Source: Thermoplasmatota archaeon
Lineage (GTDB): Archaea > Thermoplasmatota > Penumbrarchaeia > Penumbrarchaeales > Penumbrarchaeaceae
Direction of reading: 5' to 3'
Length of the DNA stretch: 64,000 bases
NCBI GenBank assembly: GCA_029762535.1
Contig: JARVGK010000012.1
Coordinates: forward strand, 15,019 to 79,018
Position numbers and translations under genes: made by a program. A model generated the notes under the pieces. That model searched no databases. It saw only the letters and a program-made list of their open reading frames with translations, and had not been told where the DNA came from. Numbering within the stretch: the stretch's first letter is position 1; every line of letters starts with the position of its first letter. Positions 61,603 through 64,000 of this stretch are shown one piece after another.

Positions 61603-61885
61603 CCCGGCAGATCTCCGATTATGGGATCCCCTACTGGGTATAAGTATTGATCAAGGACGAGGCATTTGCTCATTAATCCAGATTAGTTCTATGCCATCCA
61701 AGAGCTGATGGATGGGGGTACTTGGAGGAGTTATCCGGCAGGATCATGTCCCGATCGTATAGATGGTCAGGACATTATCGGGATCCTCTGGGGATCAAAT
61801 GAGATCCCTCTCGATATTTGTATGTAAGGAGAGGGAGGTCGATACATGGTGAATGATCTGGACTTTAACTGATTCTTACTTTGGA

Positions 61886-63220
61886 TCAGGGTTCATTCAA
61901 ACCGAAAGTTAACAGGTCTTCCATATCCGTTTTTTCAACCACATTCCGTGACAATATACCAAATATTACCTTATCCTTCCTGTGTGGATAGAGCACAGCC
62001 TTCATACGAAGATGCTCGATTATCCTGTTCATATCCTTTTTGGATATATCTCCCCATTTGACTTCGAGGAAGCATACGATATCTTCCCCTTCGATTATTA
62101 GATCGATCTCCTCTCCCTTATGCCACCAACGACCGTACGATTCGACCTTGAAAGGCATCAAGGGTACGACGATATCCGAAGCTATCATTTCCAGGTGATA
62201 ACCGACAAAGGTGAAAAAATCCCTTTTGAACCTGGATCTGGCCTCCATATCGTATCCCGAATCGATATCCTCGAAATGGGGTGAGATGAATTTGAACCAG
62301 AAAGCGAAGTATGGATCCCTGATCCTGTATATCCCCCTTTTTTTGTTGCTCCGGAAGGGAAATTCACGTCTGATTATACCGAGATTCATGAGTACATCCA
62401 GGTATTTCGCCACGTTCTTCGGTTCCACCATCGACTTATGTCCTATATCGGTAACCGTGGTCGAACCCTTTGAGATGGATTCCAGAATTGCATAGTATGT
62501 CGATGGATCGTCGAACTCCTCCTCGAGGACCTCCTTGGCTTCCCGAAAGAGATACGAATTGCGATCGAAGAACATGGATTCGATCTTCTTCTGAGGTTCC
62601 TTGATACTATCTAAGAATTCAAGGTAACGGGGTATCCCACCCAGAGCCGAATGGACCATGACGAGATCGGCCATATCCGATCCCGGGAACCATTTATCGA
62701 GTTCTCTTATGGTCAAAGGTAAAACGTTCAACATCATATCCGATCTACCATAGAGGGGAGAGGAATACTCGAGCAGTCCCCTCTTCATGATCGAATAGGA
62801 GGATCCGGACACGATCAGCATGATGTCCTTTTCGGCAAGGATCTCGTCCACGATCGTCTGGAATTCTGCCAGAGCATCGGAGTATCTGATCAGATAGGAG
62901 AATTCATCCAGTACGATGATCTTAGGATCGTTTCCGGATAGGAATTCGATTGCATCGGTCAGTGTGGAAAAGTTCGGAGGCGGGATCTTCGACCATTTTC
63001 CGATCTCATTGTTCAGTCTCGCCAGATTGTATCTAGCAGTCCTCTTTTCGAACTGGATCCGGAAATGGTCCTTATCTTTGAGGAATTCTTTGATGAGGCG
63101 GGTTTTGCCGACCCTGCGCCTTCCCGTTATGATGGCAAATCGGAAGCCATCCTGTTCGTGGAGGCCTTCGAGGCGTTCGAGTTCTTCGGTCCTGCCGATG
63201 AATATTCGACTTTTCATCAT
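61886..63220 (-). CDS. Archaeal AAA ATPase (ATPase_2 + DUF234)
   Basis: FIGRTEEL, GRRRVGKT, VLDEF, SGS, SPLYGR, GGIPRYL, WFKF, EIDL...EVKW. Confidence 0.92.
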   Translation of the reverse strand: MMKSRIFIGRTEELERLEGLHEQDGFRFAIITGRRRVGKTRLIKEFLKDKDHFRIQFEKRTARYNLARLNNEIGKWSKIPPPNFSTLTDAIEFLSGNDPKIIVLDEFSYLIRYSDALAEFQTIVDEILAEKDIMLIVSGSSYSIMKRGLLEYSSPLYGRSDMMLNVLPLTIRELDKWFPGSDMADLVMVHSALGGIPRYLEFLDSIKEPQKKIESMFFDRNSYLFREAKEVLEEEFDDPSTYYAILESISKGSTTVTDIGHKSMVEPKNVAKYLDVLMNLGIIRREFPFRSNKKRGIYRIRDPYFAFWFKFISPHFEDIDSGYDMEARSRFKRDFFTFVGYHLEMIASDIVVPLMPFKVESYGRWWHKGEEIDLIIEGEDIVCFLEVKWGDISKKDMNRIIEHLRMKAVLYPHRKDKVIFGILSRNVVEKTDMEDLLTFGLNEP

Positions 63221-64000
63221 ATACTATATGTCCGAAAAGAGATATAAGGATTTCGCAGTCAGGAATTTGATCGGGATAGATGATGAGGTGCTCAGGGTAT
63301 GGGATCCCCGGAGATCCTCCATAGTTTTACGGAGGTCGATAGAGGGCTTGATCTCGGAGAGATCGATCTTTTGGTTACGATCCAGTATGATCAAAGCCAG
63401 GAGGAGGAACGTTTTTTTTTTGGAGCTTTCCTCATCATGTAGCGGTTGTGATCCACACGGAGGCGGGGGATCTTGTTGAGGATGAGAGAAGGATCCATTG
63501 ATGATGATGCTTTTGGGGGTGGGGATGGGGAGGGGATCCCCCCCCGAGGGGGGATCTCCCTTTTGTCGAGGAGAGGCCTCCATGTTGTTGGGGGTGGGGG
63601 GGGGATCCCTCCAAAAAAGACCCGCCGTCGTTGAAAAATTTCCCTTGGAAATTTTCCCGATGTCTAGCCTTTCAGGCTTCGGGATGGGGCCCCGGGTTGG
63701 GCCCCGCGTGGGGCCCCGACGTGAGGCACTTTAGGACCCGCGACGGGCGGGTCTGTTTTGCGATTTTGGAAGGAGCCAGTGTACTGGAAAAAGACTCGCC
63801 GCGGGCAGGGGTGTTTTTTCGGCTTTATAAAGGGATCCCCTTCTCTTCCCGAGGGTTTTGCCCTCTCGATCCCGGGGGCAAAGGGGGAGGATCTCCTCCC
63901 GAAATGATTATATTTAATCAAATCCTTTGTCTTTACTGGATGGGAGTGTCATACGAATATCAGTCATTGGAGGTATGAGAAAGGAACAAGAGGAGGATAG

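Overview
Archaeal chromosomal window, most likely from an uncultured Thermoplasmatota lineage. This is inferred from MptA-type GTP cyclohydrolase, archaeal Prs and enolase, TATA-box promoters, GGAGG/GGTGA ribosome-binding sites and an AAA+DUF234 ATPase. The left part holds housekeeping genes (mptA, prs, eno, hutI, a sensor kinase) and an operon with a highly divergent FtsZ. The middle encodes six very large secreted, C-terminally anchored surface proteins (GLUG/PKD, carboxypeptidase-regulatory-like/Ig, FG-GAP+PA14, TSP3+beta-trefoil+hydrophobic core). Five of these, plus one short fragment, share an unusual TM-basic-...EE-stop C-terminus. Also present are a PLP/GNAT fusion plus racemase operon, a lipoprotein/S-component-like operon and a DEAD-box helicase. 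The right part is a toxin-antitoxin/defence-rich island (Fic, AbiEi/AbiEii, two PIN TA pairs, ATPases). The most striking signal is a 909-bp AT-rich RHH/PIN TA unit (60692-61600) that looks like an integron gene cassette. It starts G|TTGTGTGAAAT and ends in an attC-like hairpin. Removing it rejoins the reading frame EICRG|LSLSEGM of a broken nucleotidyltransferase gene, which suggests a lone cassette inserted at a secondary site; no integrase is present in the window. No rRNA, tRNA or CRISPR array was seen. All calls come from reading the sequence and motifs; no database searches were run.
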